Assembly (NCBI GenBank): GCA_028534125.1
Contig: CM052817.1
Coordinates: 7,752,001 to 7,816,000, forward strand
Length of the DNA: 64,000 bases
Reading direction: 5' to 3'
From: Lama glama
Lineage: Eukaryota
Positions 37,280 to 50,560 of this stretch are shown piece by piece (positions within the stretch are counted from its first letter, which is position 1; each line of letters begins with the position of its first letter). Below the pieces are notes generated by a model. The model saw nothing but the letters and a program-made list of their open reading frames with translations. It was not told where the DNA came from and did not search any database. A program made the position numbers and the translations under genes.

Positions 37280-40200
37280 AGTCTCCCTTCCTTTATTCTC
37301 TCCACTTCATAGAAAAATATTCTACAGTTCTAAACCTCCTATACAGTATTATGCATTACGCATAATAATTCTAAGAGCTGTCACTTCAATAATGTTTAAA
37401 TTTTTTTTAAATTTAAGGCTAAGTCAATGCCTCTGGATCAGTGGATGAAATTTTTCTGGTTTCTGTAAGAAGAAAAGTGGCCCAACGACTCTTCCCAGAA
37501 GAGGCCTGCTGCTCCATCTGTTCCCTGGCAGTCACGTAGTTTTTGTAAGTGTTGTACAATTAAAAGGTAGTAAGCAGGGACCACATGGTTTGGGGGAGAC
37601 ACATGAAAAAGAGCCGAGTTCTGGGTCTAGTCAGTTCTGACACTAAAAATAAGACACACCCTGACTCAGGTCAAGGCTTCCTTGTTACACAGGGAAGGTG
37701 TCAAAGAGCAAATCTCCGAAGCGCCTTCCTTCTATGAAGTTATTTTGTTTTAGGTTACTGAAACGTATAAAAACACAGCCAACCCTCAGATCCCGAGGAA
37801 CCTTCTGCTTCTGGTTCACCACAGTCCTCCCGTGTCTGGCCCAGGACCAAGCATGAAACGGACATGTTTTGTATGAATGAATGAATGAATACCTGCAATT
37901 ATGAAACATATCTTGAACATTACTCTGTTTCAGGTAAAGTGCTGGCCACTGAGACCGCAAAGACGAAGGAGACCCCGTCCCAAATGTGTAGAAGGCAGAC
38001 ACATACTGAAGCCACCTCCCATAAACTACAGGGAGCACAGTGACAGGCACGGGTAATACCGACACCCACGGAGAGCCGCCTAGCTCGGCCGGGGCCCGAA
38101 AGGCTCTCCGCTTCTCGGAATGTTTGCCCCTCTGTTAAGAGGGCTTTCGGAGTCATATGTGAGAAGCAGCTATTTAGGGATTACCAAACATCAGTCAGGT
38201 GAGATGTGTCCCCATAAGCACCATATAAAATGGCTCAAGAAACTTAAGAGGGGCTGGAGGGGAATAAAACCCGTGCCTCCATAAATTGGGAATAATGGAA
38301 AAAACAGAACTCTTCAAACAGCTTCTCGGGAGACATCCCAAGAGAGAGAAATTTAAGACAAGTAAAGGTTTTGTTCCAGTCTGGGTGTGAGGCTTGATCA
38401 CCATGTCCTAAATAAGGAGACAGTAATACTATATTTATAAACTATGTGAGCGGTTCTTTTAAAGAGGGGTGCAGAAGGGTCTCGTCCCAGCTGAGAAATT
38501 TAGAATAAGAGAGGAACTACTATGAGCCAGTGATTTCAAGTACCATTATTTGACCATTCCTTTATTTAGAACACCTCCAAACTTACACAGCGTATTACAT
38601 CTAATTAATTGAGTGTTTATGCGTTAAAGGGTTATTTGCTTGTGACTATAGTGAAACTTCCAGGATTTATGACAGGAGCATTTTAGAACAGCAGCATGTG
38701 TTTCCCTCCTATTTGTATAGCTTCATTCATTATAATTTTTCCTGATGTTTTGCCTACCATATTATTAACTTCCCCAAAGCAATGAAATAGCAGCTTGTCT
38801 TCTCACGGCAGAGAAATGAGAGGAATAATTATGAATGTGGAAATCCCAGTGAAAACATGCTTCTATTGAAAGAGGCTAGTGGTCCAAGAAGGAGTTCCCT
38901 GGATTTATGGAGACCATTAAAAAAAAAGCAAACATGCAGGAAAACAGATGCATTTTTTCATCCAGCATCTTGGATACTCCACATGCAGGGAAAAGAAATC
39001 TTTTATAATATATGTGTATATATTTATATACATATATATATATCGCTGGACAATAATTCATGTTTTTCTGCAAGTTATAAAGTCTGAGTAAATCATCCAA
39101 GTTTTGAGTGTGTGCCATACCTAAATGTTTAATCACTGTGAAGTGTTCCTTCCAAAATGTAAGAGTTTGTAAGCACAGTGTTTGATGTGTAACTGACTCT
39201 GAAGGACAATGCAAAGATGTGTTCCTCACAACTCTGGGCTACTAAAGATCTTACAGTGAATGGGGGAAGGACACTGCGAGGTAGCCTCCACTGCCTGTCC
39301 GTGCAAACACGTGGGTTTGCTGGGAAAACCATTCCAGCCTGGGCTGCAGACCAGCCGTTATTTCACGAGGAGCTGGGGCTGACAGGACCACCGCATCATT
39401 TGTGTTTATTGTTCAACAAGGTGTTCAGGGCCTTGGAGGGCCAACCAAGACCTGGGGAAGAAACTGGCAGAGGAGGGTTATGGGGTCGGGAGAGGACAGT
39501 GAGAACCTGGCCCAGTAGGAGAGAGCAGTCCCCGCCCTCCTGTTTGAGATGATGTTTGCATGACGACATCCTGCTGGCTCCATTGTTATTTTTCACAACA
39601 TCATGGCCCGCTTGGCACCCTGACCATCCGGGTGGCCTCTCATAAAAGGAAAAAACACAAAAACCCTTGATTTACACTCTTCCTTCAGAAATGCTCCCGA
39701 CATCTCTACCCTGTGTTACTGCGTTTTCCTTGCCTACCCCGATCTTCCCCTTTCATTCACGTGACCCTTCCATTGGTCACTACTGTCAAATGTGTATTCG
39801 CTAAGAGGAAGGTTAGGCTGGAAAGTAAGTCCCAGCCTCAATTCCTTCTCCCAAAATCTATGCCTGAAACCTGCACCATGATTTGAAGTTATTTTTATCT
39901 GTATAAACAGGGGGAAAGGCAGCTAATTTCCAAAGAAAAGGTCACTCGGGGGAGGAGGTTGGGACTGTGTATTTTTTAGCCACCTTACTGATAATATGAC
40001 ATCCACCATTAAACCTCTGTAAGTCTCAGAACAAGATTTGGGGGTTTCAGGAACTCCTGATTATCAGTGGTTTATCTTTCAACCCCTAGCTTTTACAGTC
40101 ATTTTCATTATAAATAAGACCTCTGTAGAAATGACCCCAGCTCACCTTTTTATAACCACCTAATCGCTGGAACTGATGCCAACTCCGAGGCTTCAGCCCA

Positions 40201-40666
40201 CATAACGTTACTTATCAAAGCTAACAATCCAGAGGAGACAGAGCGGCAGCTGGCCTCATGGCAATGCTGGGACAGGAGACCCAAGGAGGAATGGCAATAC
40301 TCATCAACAAAGGATCCACTTTTATTCCAAGCTGGATTACTCTTTGATTTTAAGAAGAGGCACCCAGTACAGCCCACACTGCAAGCTGTTTAAAAATTTT
40401 TATTATGTGATCAACTTTGCAAACGCCAATGCAAAGTTCTAGCTATATGACAAACATCACATTTCAGAGAATGAAATAGGTTTTCTGAAATCAAGTATAA
40501 TTGTATTATAACATCAAGAGTTGAACTGGGATAACTTGCCTTAAAACTTCTGTGCAAAAATCAGTCCAGTAATTATGCTGGAGATCACCTGATATCATGA
40601 CCCCATTTCTCAGAAAGCAAGGGTCTAGTCAAGTCTCTAACACTTAGAATATAAACGAAATATCAT

Positions 40667-41207
40667 TGTGGTCAACACCCTATAAAATGGTCCCCCGTGA
40701 CGCCTATCTCCTGGTGTTCATGCTCTTGTTTATAGGCTGCACCAAGTGCTTCTGCCAAACAGGATACAGCAAAAGCCATGGGATGCCACTTCCCAGATGA
40801 GGGTACAAAAGGTCTGTAACTCGCTTCCCTCTTTTGTGACTCTCTCTCTGTCTCTCTGTCTCTGTTTCTCTCTCTCTCCATGCCAGAGCCCTCACTCTGG
40901 GGGATGTAAGTTGCCATGTGGTCAGTGGCCCTATGGTTAAAGCCGTGTGACAAGGAACTGCTGTCTGTGTCAATCAGGCACGTGAGTGAGCTCGGAAGCA
41001 AATCCCCCATCTTCTCCCAGTCCAGCTTTGAGACGCCTGAGCCCCAGCCAGCCTCTAGACTGCGGCCCTTGAGAAGACCCGAGCCAGAGAGGCCAGCTAA
41101 GCCTCACCCACATTCACCCATCCACAAAAGCCCTGAGGTAGTAAGTGTTCTTTTAAGCTGCTACTTTGGGGGATAATTTTTGTTACACAATAACTCATAA
41201 ATAATAC
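40667..41207 (+). mobile_element. ERVL-MaLR solo LTR (MLT1F-like)
   Basis: ctcctggtgttcatgc, gggatgccacttcc, cactctgggggatgtaagttgccatgtg and cacgtgagtgagctcggaagc motifs; ends ttttaagctgctactttgggggataatttttgttacac. Confidence 0.85.
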
Positions 41208-41734
41208 GATCATCTCCTTCTCAACTTTAAGACGGTTTCTCTGTAAGTCACTGCTTAGGTATACTGTAAAACTCTAGCTGTTGAAATATTATTGATAAAA
41301 AAAATCAAATGAGAACCCAAGATGACGTCTCATCTTACCATGACATATTGGCAAAAATCTTCCCCCAAATTATGTGAAATCAATAAACCTCCTATTATTT
41401 ATGTAGCTCAGCTTCTAACACACAACATATAAAACTGACTTACTTATTATGTTTATTCTTTATTTTCTCCTTCTCCCATTAGACTATCTGCTCCACCAGG
41501 TCAGGGATTTCACTTTTTTTTTTTTTTTCTGCTCATATCTCCCAGGCGCTAAAACCAGTACTAGGTTCATAGGAACTGCCCAATAAACGTTTCACGAATG
41601 AATGACTTTGACGTGGTTTAATGTCAAATTCACAACCTCCAGCCACAAGCATAAACCATGCTGTTCTCCGTAACACCTTCCACCTTCCTAAACCTGCAGC
41701 CTTCCCCAGGCCGTCAACCACCTGAAATGCTCTT

Positions 41735-42215
41735 GGTTTTGGGTTGCACTCCCCAGGAACACACTGTGAGACAAGCATTTGTGTGCAAGTGATTTACTAA
41801 GGATGTGTGCCCACGAGAAACCAGTAAGCGCGGAAGCAGCACAGCACTGCGGGAGAAGCAGCCAGGCAAGGGTGTGATTTCAGGCACCGTCCCAGAGAGG
41901 GTAACTAGCTATTCCCACAGGGAGCCTGTAAGTGCGAATTATGCCTCCAACTTTGTCCCAGTCCTGGGCAGGAGAGTTGAGCTTTTATCCTCCCATGCTA
42001 ATTAGTCATCAACCAGGGCTGCCCCAGGACGTAAGCTCCCTGGTACTTCTAGCTGTCTGCAAGTCTAGGGAGAGCCAAGGGCAGGCCTCCAGTGAACAGA
42101 CACAGGGACCCACTCTGGAGGCAAAGCTGCTGGGAAGCTGGGAGAGAGAAGCAGAGAGCCAGTAATGGGATCCAGGGAGATCTGTGCAGAGCCTCCCAGT
42201 GCCTCCTACTGCCAT
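41735..42215 (-). mobile_element. ERVL solo LTR (LTR16-like)
   Basis: ccccaggaacacactgtgagacaagcatttgtgtgcaagtgatttactaagga matches the antisense LTR16-family 3' end. Confidence 0.65.
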
Positions 42216-45200
42216 GTTTTCTCTGATTTATTTGACTGAAAGCCTACACATCCGTCAGATAATTCTTCCTCTATGTACCAAAGCACTACACTAGAGCCAT
42301 GCATACTGCCTTGTTAGTTTTTCATCAACTTTCCCTCCTCTTCTCTAGATCACAAAATCCACAGAAACAGAGGCGGTGTGTTCTATGTGTTTGTGCCTCC
42401 TACACCGTGTCGTAAATAGTCACCATGCTGTTGAATGGCTCTAGGTGGTAAATCCCGTGAAAGTAGGGATCAGGGTTTTTTTTATCAACATGTATCCAGC
42501 AACTGTCACTGTGCGTAGCAGGCACTAAGATAATGTTGGCAGAATAAATATATGTGCGTTACAGGTTACAAAACTCTCTCCTAGGTGTGATGCCATGAGT
42601 CCTACACAGAATACAGTTACGTAGACCAGGTGTGACCACCTCATTTTCCAGAAAGAAAGGCTTAGTGATACAGATTTCCCAATGATTTGCTGACTAAATA
42701 GGCACTGAGTGATGCCTCAGAACTAAATCTCATTTCAAGTCCAATATGCTTTCCCCGAAACAATACTGACTGATAAACAGCAGTCGGGGTAGGAACATAT
42801 CTGGAGACTGAGATTAGTAGGCAGACACAAGGTGCCCCGTTCATTTAACAAAGCTAACACACCATGATTTACTCAAAGAAAAGTCATAAAAAGCACATTT
42901 ACTGAGCACATAAAAGGTAACTGATAAATGTTTGATCTCATTGAATTGAATTACATAAAATAAAACAGAATGGAAACATTTGGCTTGAATCAAAATATAC
43001 TGAGATAATTTAAAAGTGAGTCTTATGGCATCTTTTCCTCCCTGATTGTCCATATTTTTTAATAAAATTGGGGCTGGGAGTAGAAAGGGGGAGGAAGGTT
43101 GTAGGCAGGCTGGCAGCTATAAATTGTTGGCTTTGATTCATTAAAATGTGTCAAGTAACCTATAAACAGGTCAGCCCCCAGAACCCTGTGTTGTAAACTC
43201 ATCTTAAAACATGAGTCTCCCTATCTTCTGGGCATGTTTTCTTTACCCCAACTCTTTGCCACAACTCCTCCCGTCCCCAACAAATCTACCATTTTCCTCA
43301 CTCATTTTTTGTTAGATATCATGGGGGCAAAGCACTCAGGCAGTCTAGTTTATGCTAAGACAGGAAGGACTGACAGAGAGCAACTCAGCCCAGGTGCTGT
43401 CAGTGCCTTCCCTGTATCCCTGGTCCAGGATGTGCCCACGGGGACTTACTGCAAACACTGGTGACGCTCTGCCTTAGAGCCTGGTGCAAGCATGACAGAC
43501 AAGATGAAGGAAAGCATCTGCAGTCCCTGGGGTCAGTGTCAATCAATGACAGTGGAAAGATAATGGCTCTAACTTCCTCACCCTTCTGATGGAACAACTC
43601 TGCAGGAAGTGTTGAATATATTTCTGAGTTCCCCAAAGGGCTGGATCTTTGGTTGCCAATAGCAGTCACCTTTTCAACAGCAAACCTCTCTTGGTTTCCT
43701 TTTCCCTGTCTGCTCCCCACCCCACACTAGTGCTTCCCAGAATCATCTCCAAAATAAACGGCTTCTAGGAAAATCCAAGCCTGAGTTGTGTTACCCCATT
43801 CGGGGGCATTTATAGTTTTAAAGCAAAAAGCCAGAGTGACAACCCAAAGGGATACCAGTAATGAGGGACTTTTAATAAATAAGATAGCCCTGGGGGATAA
43901 ACTGCCACCTGGGGATTTGTCAGCAGCATCTCTGGGGGTGGGCACGTTGTCTGTCAACAGAACAGGCAGGCTGGCTTGGTGGAGAGAGCACCAGACCAGG
44001 TGTCGGAGACCTGGGTTCTCGTGTTGTCATTGCCACCAACTCGCTGCTCAGCCTCGTTTTCTCTCTGATCTCTCCGATCTTTGGTTTTTCTCTTCTGGAA
44101 ACTTACAAGATTGGATTATTTGATCCCTAGGGCCCTGTTGGGCTCCCAGTTCCCATGAATCCATGGAAGGGGATGAAGTGCGTGGCACCTCTTTAAAGGT
44201 ATGTTCCACAAGGCATTAATAAACAAGCAAACTGTTCACACAGCACGAGCTCTAAGAGGGACTGTTTAATTAGGCACACGAGACATTCCAATCTGTCTAG
44301 ACAGGCTTCTCTTTTTCCCCAGGATGCCTTCGGCCAGGCCTGCTCTGACACTGTGACAAGGTGTCCTTTGGCTGCAGACAGCGATTTTGTTGGGTGATAA
44401 TTCTAATGCCACAGAGTCAGCTGTGGAACTTTCTTTAGTTTTAATGCTGTTTGTCTTTCCAAGGGGAACTAAATGGGGGCAGTTAACCAAGCAAAAGCCA
44501 AGAGAGGCAGTCTGCGCACAAGAGTCACCAAAAAGTGGCCTCTGGTCCAGCCCTAGTGCCCACCTGTCTGTCACAAGTGGGCTTTTCATTCACTGCCCTC
44601 TTTTGTCCCCATATTAAAGCGAAATTCCAAGTTATGTAATTAACGCTCCCTCTTTCCCACCATACAGTTATTCATCCCAAGACCTCCGACAGAAGTCTGA
44701 GCAGAGAAAGGGATCCTGGATGCCTAGAGTCTTCAACCCTCAAACTTGAGTCTTGTGACAACACTGGAAAACAGGCTTTAAATCTGTGGACAATATTGAC
44801 AGGACTCATCTGGTCTGAGGATTGGAGATGACATACAGGAAATGACTGCTGGTATTTGGAAAGAATTTTCAAGGCGCAGTCAGTTGATTAGACAAGCACA
44901 ACTCATAGGATGTGAATAAAAACCCTGATTTTTTTTGTCTCTTTCAGTCTTTTTCAAAATTATTCAGAGGAGGAAGATGAAAAATTGTCTGGAACCATAA
45001 CTTTTTATTTCACTCTTGTAGTTCTTCTGCCTTATTAAGTCACAAAGCACAATTTCAACTCAGTTACTGAAAGCGTCTGCCCAAGGCACTATTTCCAAGT
45101 CACTCTTCACTCCAGGTGGGACGCCTCCCACCCCTTCCCCACCTAAGGCTAAGGGGCAGCTGTCCTCAGAGAAGGTGTATTTGGCTTCTGTCCTTTTTAT

Positions 45201-46869
45201 CTTCCATTTCTTCCCCGACTCACTAGATGCTGCTCCACACCCCATAAAAGTCAAAAGAATGAGTTGGCAAAAGAGAAGGAGAAAGGGTAGTCCTGCTGAC
45301 GTGAACGTCTTCATGCTCGCTGGGCCCGGCGAGGGCACAGCAGTGACTTTCCTCGTGGATGCTCGGAAAGTTGTCTGGAAGCTTCTCTGCCGGACCCTCC
45401 ATCTACCACTCTGACGTGGACCATGCCTCTCCTTCAGCTAGCTGCTTCCCCCCGCCTTAGACTCCCCAGGGATAAGGCTCACATCCATTGTGGCATTTGA
45501 GCCTAAGTGCGCTCCCAGGCAGCCCTCTTGGGCAAGACGTGAAATGGCCCCTGGCTGGCTCTGTCACCACCTGGTCCACGAAACATGCTCCTGTACTTCT
45601 TCCTCCACTGGTTGCTTCCCCAGCACTGTACTTCGTTTGTTCTGACCTGACATGGTTGTTATAGCTTTTCTGAGGTGATGGTGTATCTTGGTCCTTGTTG
45701 TCCACCAACCGCCAGGAACATAAGTGAAGCTTAATGAGTGGCCCCATCGAAGCCCTCCAAACATGAGAAAGATGTAACACCCCAACCCTTCACTCTCAGC
45801 AGGGAAAAGACCACCCCCTCCCGCACCTCAGTCTTTCTCTTCATTTTCTCAAACATTTACATTCTCAAAGCAGATGACAGAGTACAAGAATCATAGGGCT
45901 GGTTCCTGATCATCTCCTTGGAAGATTATCCCCAGAGCAGCCTGCCCATATTCACTTTATCTAAAATCTACCATATTTATTACATGCGTAAAATTTTGTG
46001 CCTAAAATTCTCTTTCCAAATAATAGCAATGATAGATCATCTTCACTAATTGCTTTAGAGAGTATATAAGAGTTTTAGAACTGTGCCTGCAACAGAGGCA
46101 CTTAAGAAACATCTATGAATTTATTAATGAGGTATTTTGCATTTATGAATTTGTTTAAGAAACATTTGGGGCTCTCTTATTTGGAGCTGTTTTCCAGACT
46201 CCTTGAACAAAGTTTATTCCACTGTAAATACTGAATAAATATTTATTAAATGAATAAACTAATGAGGTATTTTTTGAAATCTTGTAGAACAAATTTGAGG
46301 CATTTGCCGTTTAATTTCACAAACTTTTGTTGAACACCTGCTACACACCAAATGGTTCTGGTAAGCATTTCTCTCTGATGTTCCTAAAATGCCCCATCCT
46401 ACCCTCTAAGGCACTTATTAAACTGTATCACAACAGTAAGTTTACTTATCTGCATTCTCCACCTGAAAAGAAATGGTAAATATAAACTACCTTTGCCCTT
46501 GTTTCTTAATGTACTCAGAAAACAACTGACTCTTTTGAAGGGTTAAATTAATATTCTGTTTAATAAAATAAAATTTAAAATTCTTTTGAGTCAAGCCTGC
46601 TTTGCCATCTTACAAAAAGTCCCAGGAGTATGCAATGCCTTCTCAGAGCTGTGAAGGCGATGAACTGAGCTGTGCAGGAAACCAGGTCACACCATGAAGA
46701 CTGCCATTAAGAAAAAGAAAAAAAGACCCACAGATTGACATCAATTTTGTTGTTGTTGTTTTGCCTACTAATGAAGCAGTCTAAGAAATCCAAAGTTCAA
46801 GTTAGGGACAATTTTACCAAATATTTACCCCAAGACAGTAGAAGACAAAAATTAATTGACTCTTAAAAG

Positions 46870-49800
46870 AAAAATCACATATGTAAAAGTAAAATGAATA
46901 GAAAAATAGCACAGTGTAGGAAGGACAAATGGAAATACACTTTCGTAAGGATCTTATGTGATGGACACTATTAAATCATAACAGACAAAAATAAAAATGA
47001 TTGACAAAGTAAAGCAATATCAGTAATCATGTAAATGAACTAAAAACATCAATCAATAGCAGAAAATCTGAGAGTGAATTGAAAACAGAAAGCAAGAAGC
47101 AACCATAGGTTGTGTATTTTTAGATGCACTTTAAACGGAAAGACAAGATACATTAAAGGTAGTGAATAGAAAAGCATGTATCATGCCAATACTAGTAAGA
47201 AAGATGAGTGTCTATATTAATATTAGACAAAATAAACTTTAGGACATGGAGTATTACTGGAAATAATGAGAGATATTTTTAAATGATAGCATGGTCAATT
47301 CATCGAGAAGAAGTAGCAATACTAAATATATATTTACCAAATAGAAAAGCTTTATAATACAGCAAGTAAAAACTAAAGAACTAAAGGGACAAATAGATAA
47401 ACACAAATACTATCTGGAGATCTTAACACTGTATGAATATTTCCTGTAAAAGCAGACAAAAATTTAAAAATTGTCTAGAAAATCTGAACAGTGCCATCTG
47501 TCAACCAAACTGACCTTATTCTTTATCAAACCCCACAACCATCAACTCCAGAATACACATTCTTTTCACTTGTCAACAGAATATTCACCAAGATAGAACA
47601 TTTATTAGGCCATAAAAAGGCTTCAATAAATTTAAAAATATTGAAATTATTCAGAGCATATTCTCTAAACATAGAAGAATTAAAATAGATCTCAATACCA
47701 AAAATATAGCTGGAAAACCTAATAGTTAAAAATTAAGAAACACACTACAAATTAACCAAAGTCAAAGAAAAAATAACAAGCTAAATTAGAAAATACTTTG
47801 GATTGAATGACAAAACATACCTAAATATGCACTGGGATGCAGCTAAATCACTGCTTAAAGTAAATTTTATAGCTTTATATGCTTGTACTAGAAAATAATA
47901 AAGGTTTACATGTTTATAGGAGCTAGAAATAAAAAGAGGAAATTAAATCTGAAGTCAGTAGAAGGAAGAAAATAATGTAAAAGAAACTAATAAAATAGAA
48001 GATAAAAAGTATAAAGGAAATCAATAAAACCAAATATTTGGTTCTTTGACAACGTTAATAATAAATCTCTACCTAAACTCAGCAAGAAAACAAAAAGTGG
48101 GAAAACACAAATTATCAGTATCAAGAATGAAAGAGGAAAGGGGGCTGATACAGTTCAGTGGGAGAGTTCATGCTTAGCATGCATGAGGTCCTGGGTTCAA
48201 CCCCTGGTACCTCCACTAAAAATAATATGTAAGTAAATAAACCTAATTAACCCTCTCCCAGAAAAAATAAAATAAAATAAAAATTTTAAAGACAAAAAAG
48301 GGATGAAAGAGGAAATAACATCATAGATCCTATAGACCTAGAAAAATAGAAAATCTAAATAGTCATATTTATCAATGAAATTGAATTAGTAAATAAAAAG
48401 CATACCATAAAGTAAGATCCAGAGATGGCATCACTAGTGGATTCCATCAAATAGGTAAGTAAAAAATAATAGCAATCTTGCTCCCTTATTTTATGAGCCC
48501 AGCATAACAATGATACCAAAATCACTCAGACATTAAAAGAAAACTAATGAGCAACACTGCACATGAATATAGACAGAAAATACTAATTTTTTTAAATTAG
48601 CCTTGCAAATGCTGTAATATTTTAAAAAGATAATGTATTATGATTAAGAAAAGTTCATCCAAGAAATGCAAAATTGGTTTAAAAACCCAATTAATGTAAA
48701 GCTTTTCCCCCCAAATGGGAACAAGGCAAGCGATACAGTCTCACTTAGATAGTCAATTAAGTTTTGACAAAATATACAGAACAATTCAATGAGGTAAGAA
48801 TGGTTTTCAATAAATTGTGCTAGAATAACTAGATAAAGGGGAAAATTGTATAAACCCTTACCTCACACCATACACACACAAAAAAACTGAAAATAAATCA
48901 TTGACCTACAGGTAAAAGGCAAACTATGATGTATAGGAGACTATCTTCATAGTCTGCAAGTAGGCAAAGATTTTCTGTGCAGAACCCTTCAAGTACTAGC
49001 CATAAAAGGGAGAAAAAAAGATAAATTGGACTTCATCAAAATTGGACTTTTATTCATCAAAAGAAACAATTAGGAAAATGGCTAGACAAGTCATACAATG
49101 GAAGAAAATAATTGCAGAATAAATCGAACAAAGACTTGTAACCAGAATATATAAAGAACATCTAAAACTCAAACATAAAAACTCAAGAAAACCTATATAG
49201 AATTGACAGGGGTGGGTGGGAAGCAAAATTCTTGAACAGACAAAGATGAATGAAGATGAACAAGATAGATGAATGGCCTAAAAGTGCATGACAAGGTACT
49301 CAACATTAGTCATCAGGAAACTGGAAATTAAAACCACCTGGAGATACTGCTACACACTCATTAAAAAGGCTAAAATGTTAAAGACAACATACCAGGTGCT
49401 GATGGAGATAAGGAGTAACTGGAATGCTCATAACTTGTTGATGAGTGTGTAAAATAGTACAACTGATTTGGAAAATGGTTTGGCAGTTTCTTATAAAATT
49501 AAACAACCTATAATCCATGAAAACTTATGTTCTATGTCCACAAACATATTTGCCAAAGAATGTTCACCGCTCTTTTTTTATGAGAGCCAAAAACTAAAAA
49601 CAAACAAAAAACCCACAAATGTTCCATAAGAAAAAATAAATAAACAAACTTCAGAATATTTATATAATGTAATACTACTTAGTAATAAAAGGAACAGACT
49701 ATTGATATACCCAACGATAGGGAAGGAGTCTCAAAGCACTGTGCTGAGTGAATTAAAAACAAGTACAAAACGGTTCATACTGTCTGGTTCCGTTTATATG

Positions 49801-50060
49801 AACCTCTAGGGAAAGTTAAACCAACAGTGAAAGAAATCAAAATAGTGGCTGTTTTAGGGGAGAAGGATGTGCAGGAATTGGCTAGAAGTGGGCATGAAGG
49901 AACTTTCTAGAGGATGGAGGTGTTCTATACCTTATAAAGATGTGTGTTATACACATTGTATGCATTTGTTAGAACTGACCAAACTGTACACTTAAAATCT
50001 TTGCTCTTTGAATATAAGTTATACTTCAATAAAATATGACATCTTACTAACAAAAAAAAA
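46870..50060 (+). mobile_element. Old, internally deleted LINE-1 (L1MC/MD/ME class): decayed ORF2 plus 3'UTR, carrying a SINE insertion
   Basis: A-rich. The track ORF 47491-47688 contains EYTFFS...FTKIEHLLGHK, the L1 endonuclease C-terminal motif. Further ORF2 remnants include ggacttcatcaaaatt and catcaggaaactggaaattaaaaccac. 3'UTR gggcatgaaggaactttctagaggatgg; AATAAA near 50028. Confidence 0.9.
48140..48302 (+). mobile_element. tRNA-Ala(AGC)-derived SINE, camelid Vic-1-like
   Basis: Head with A box (cagttcagtgg), catgcttagcatgcatg anticodon arm and B box (ggttcaacccc). Then acctccactaaaaataa...aaacctaattaaccctctccc and an A-tail. 13-bp TSD atgaaagaggaaa at 48127-48139 and 48303-48315. Confidence 0.9.
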
Positions 50061-50294
50061 TGTGCTAGAGTAACACAAGTGTTACAATAGAAATGACTGA
50101 CAGGAGCAACAGTGGCATGAAAGGAAGTGGTCACACTTGGTTGGGAGAGGCAGGGGAGTCTGGAGAGAAGAATTAGATACAGGTCTTGATGTATATCGAT
50201 AGGAGATTGGCATGGAGGACAAAACTCAAGTGGAGGATGGTCATTTGGGGCCCAGGAATTTCCTGGCATGACTCAAGTTAGTGTGCATGAGAGG

Positions 50295-50560
50295 CAATAG
50301 AGCTGGTGGTTAATGGCTTGTCAACTGAAGCCAAACTACCTGGGTTTATATTTTAGCCCCACCACTTATTAGCTATGAGACTTTGGGCAAGTTCCCTAAC
50401 ATCTTTGTGCCTCATTTTTCTTATTTGTAAAATAGAAAAAATAATATCACTTACCTCAAATGGGCATTGTGAGAATAGTATGTTTCAATACATGTGAAAC
50501 ACTTAGACAAGTATCTGGTGCATACTTGAGTCACACTAAATATTAGCTGTCAGCATTACT
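50295..50560 (+). mobile_element. MIR SINE, near full length
   Basis: gccaaactacctgggttt...ccacttattagctatgagactttgggcaagttccctaacatctttgtgcctcatttttcttatttgtaaaatag. Confidence 0.88.

Noticed and set aside
38839..38847. NF-kB-like GGAAATCCC
   Set aside because: Single short motif with no corroborating context.
45060..45414. ORFs with signal-peptide-like (minus) and basic (plus) segments
   Set aside because: The hydrophobic and basic runs come from one purine/pyrimidine-skewed tract; no recognisable family or gene structure.
48140..48215. tRNA-Ala gene
   Set aside because: Degenerate acceptor stem, no oligo-T terminator, and followed by a SINE tail, A-run and TSD: it is a SINE head.
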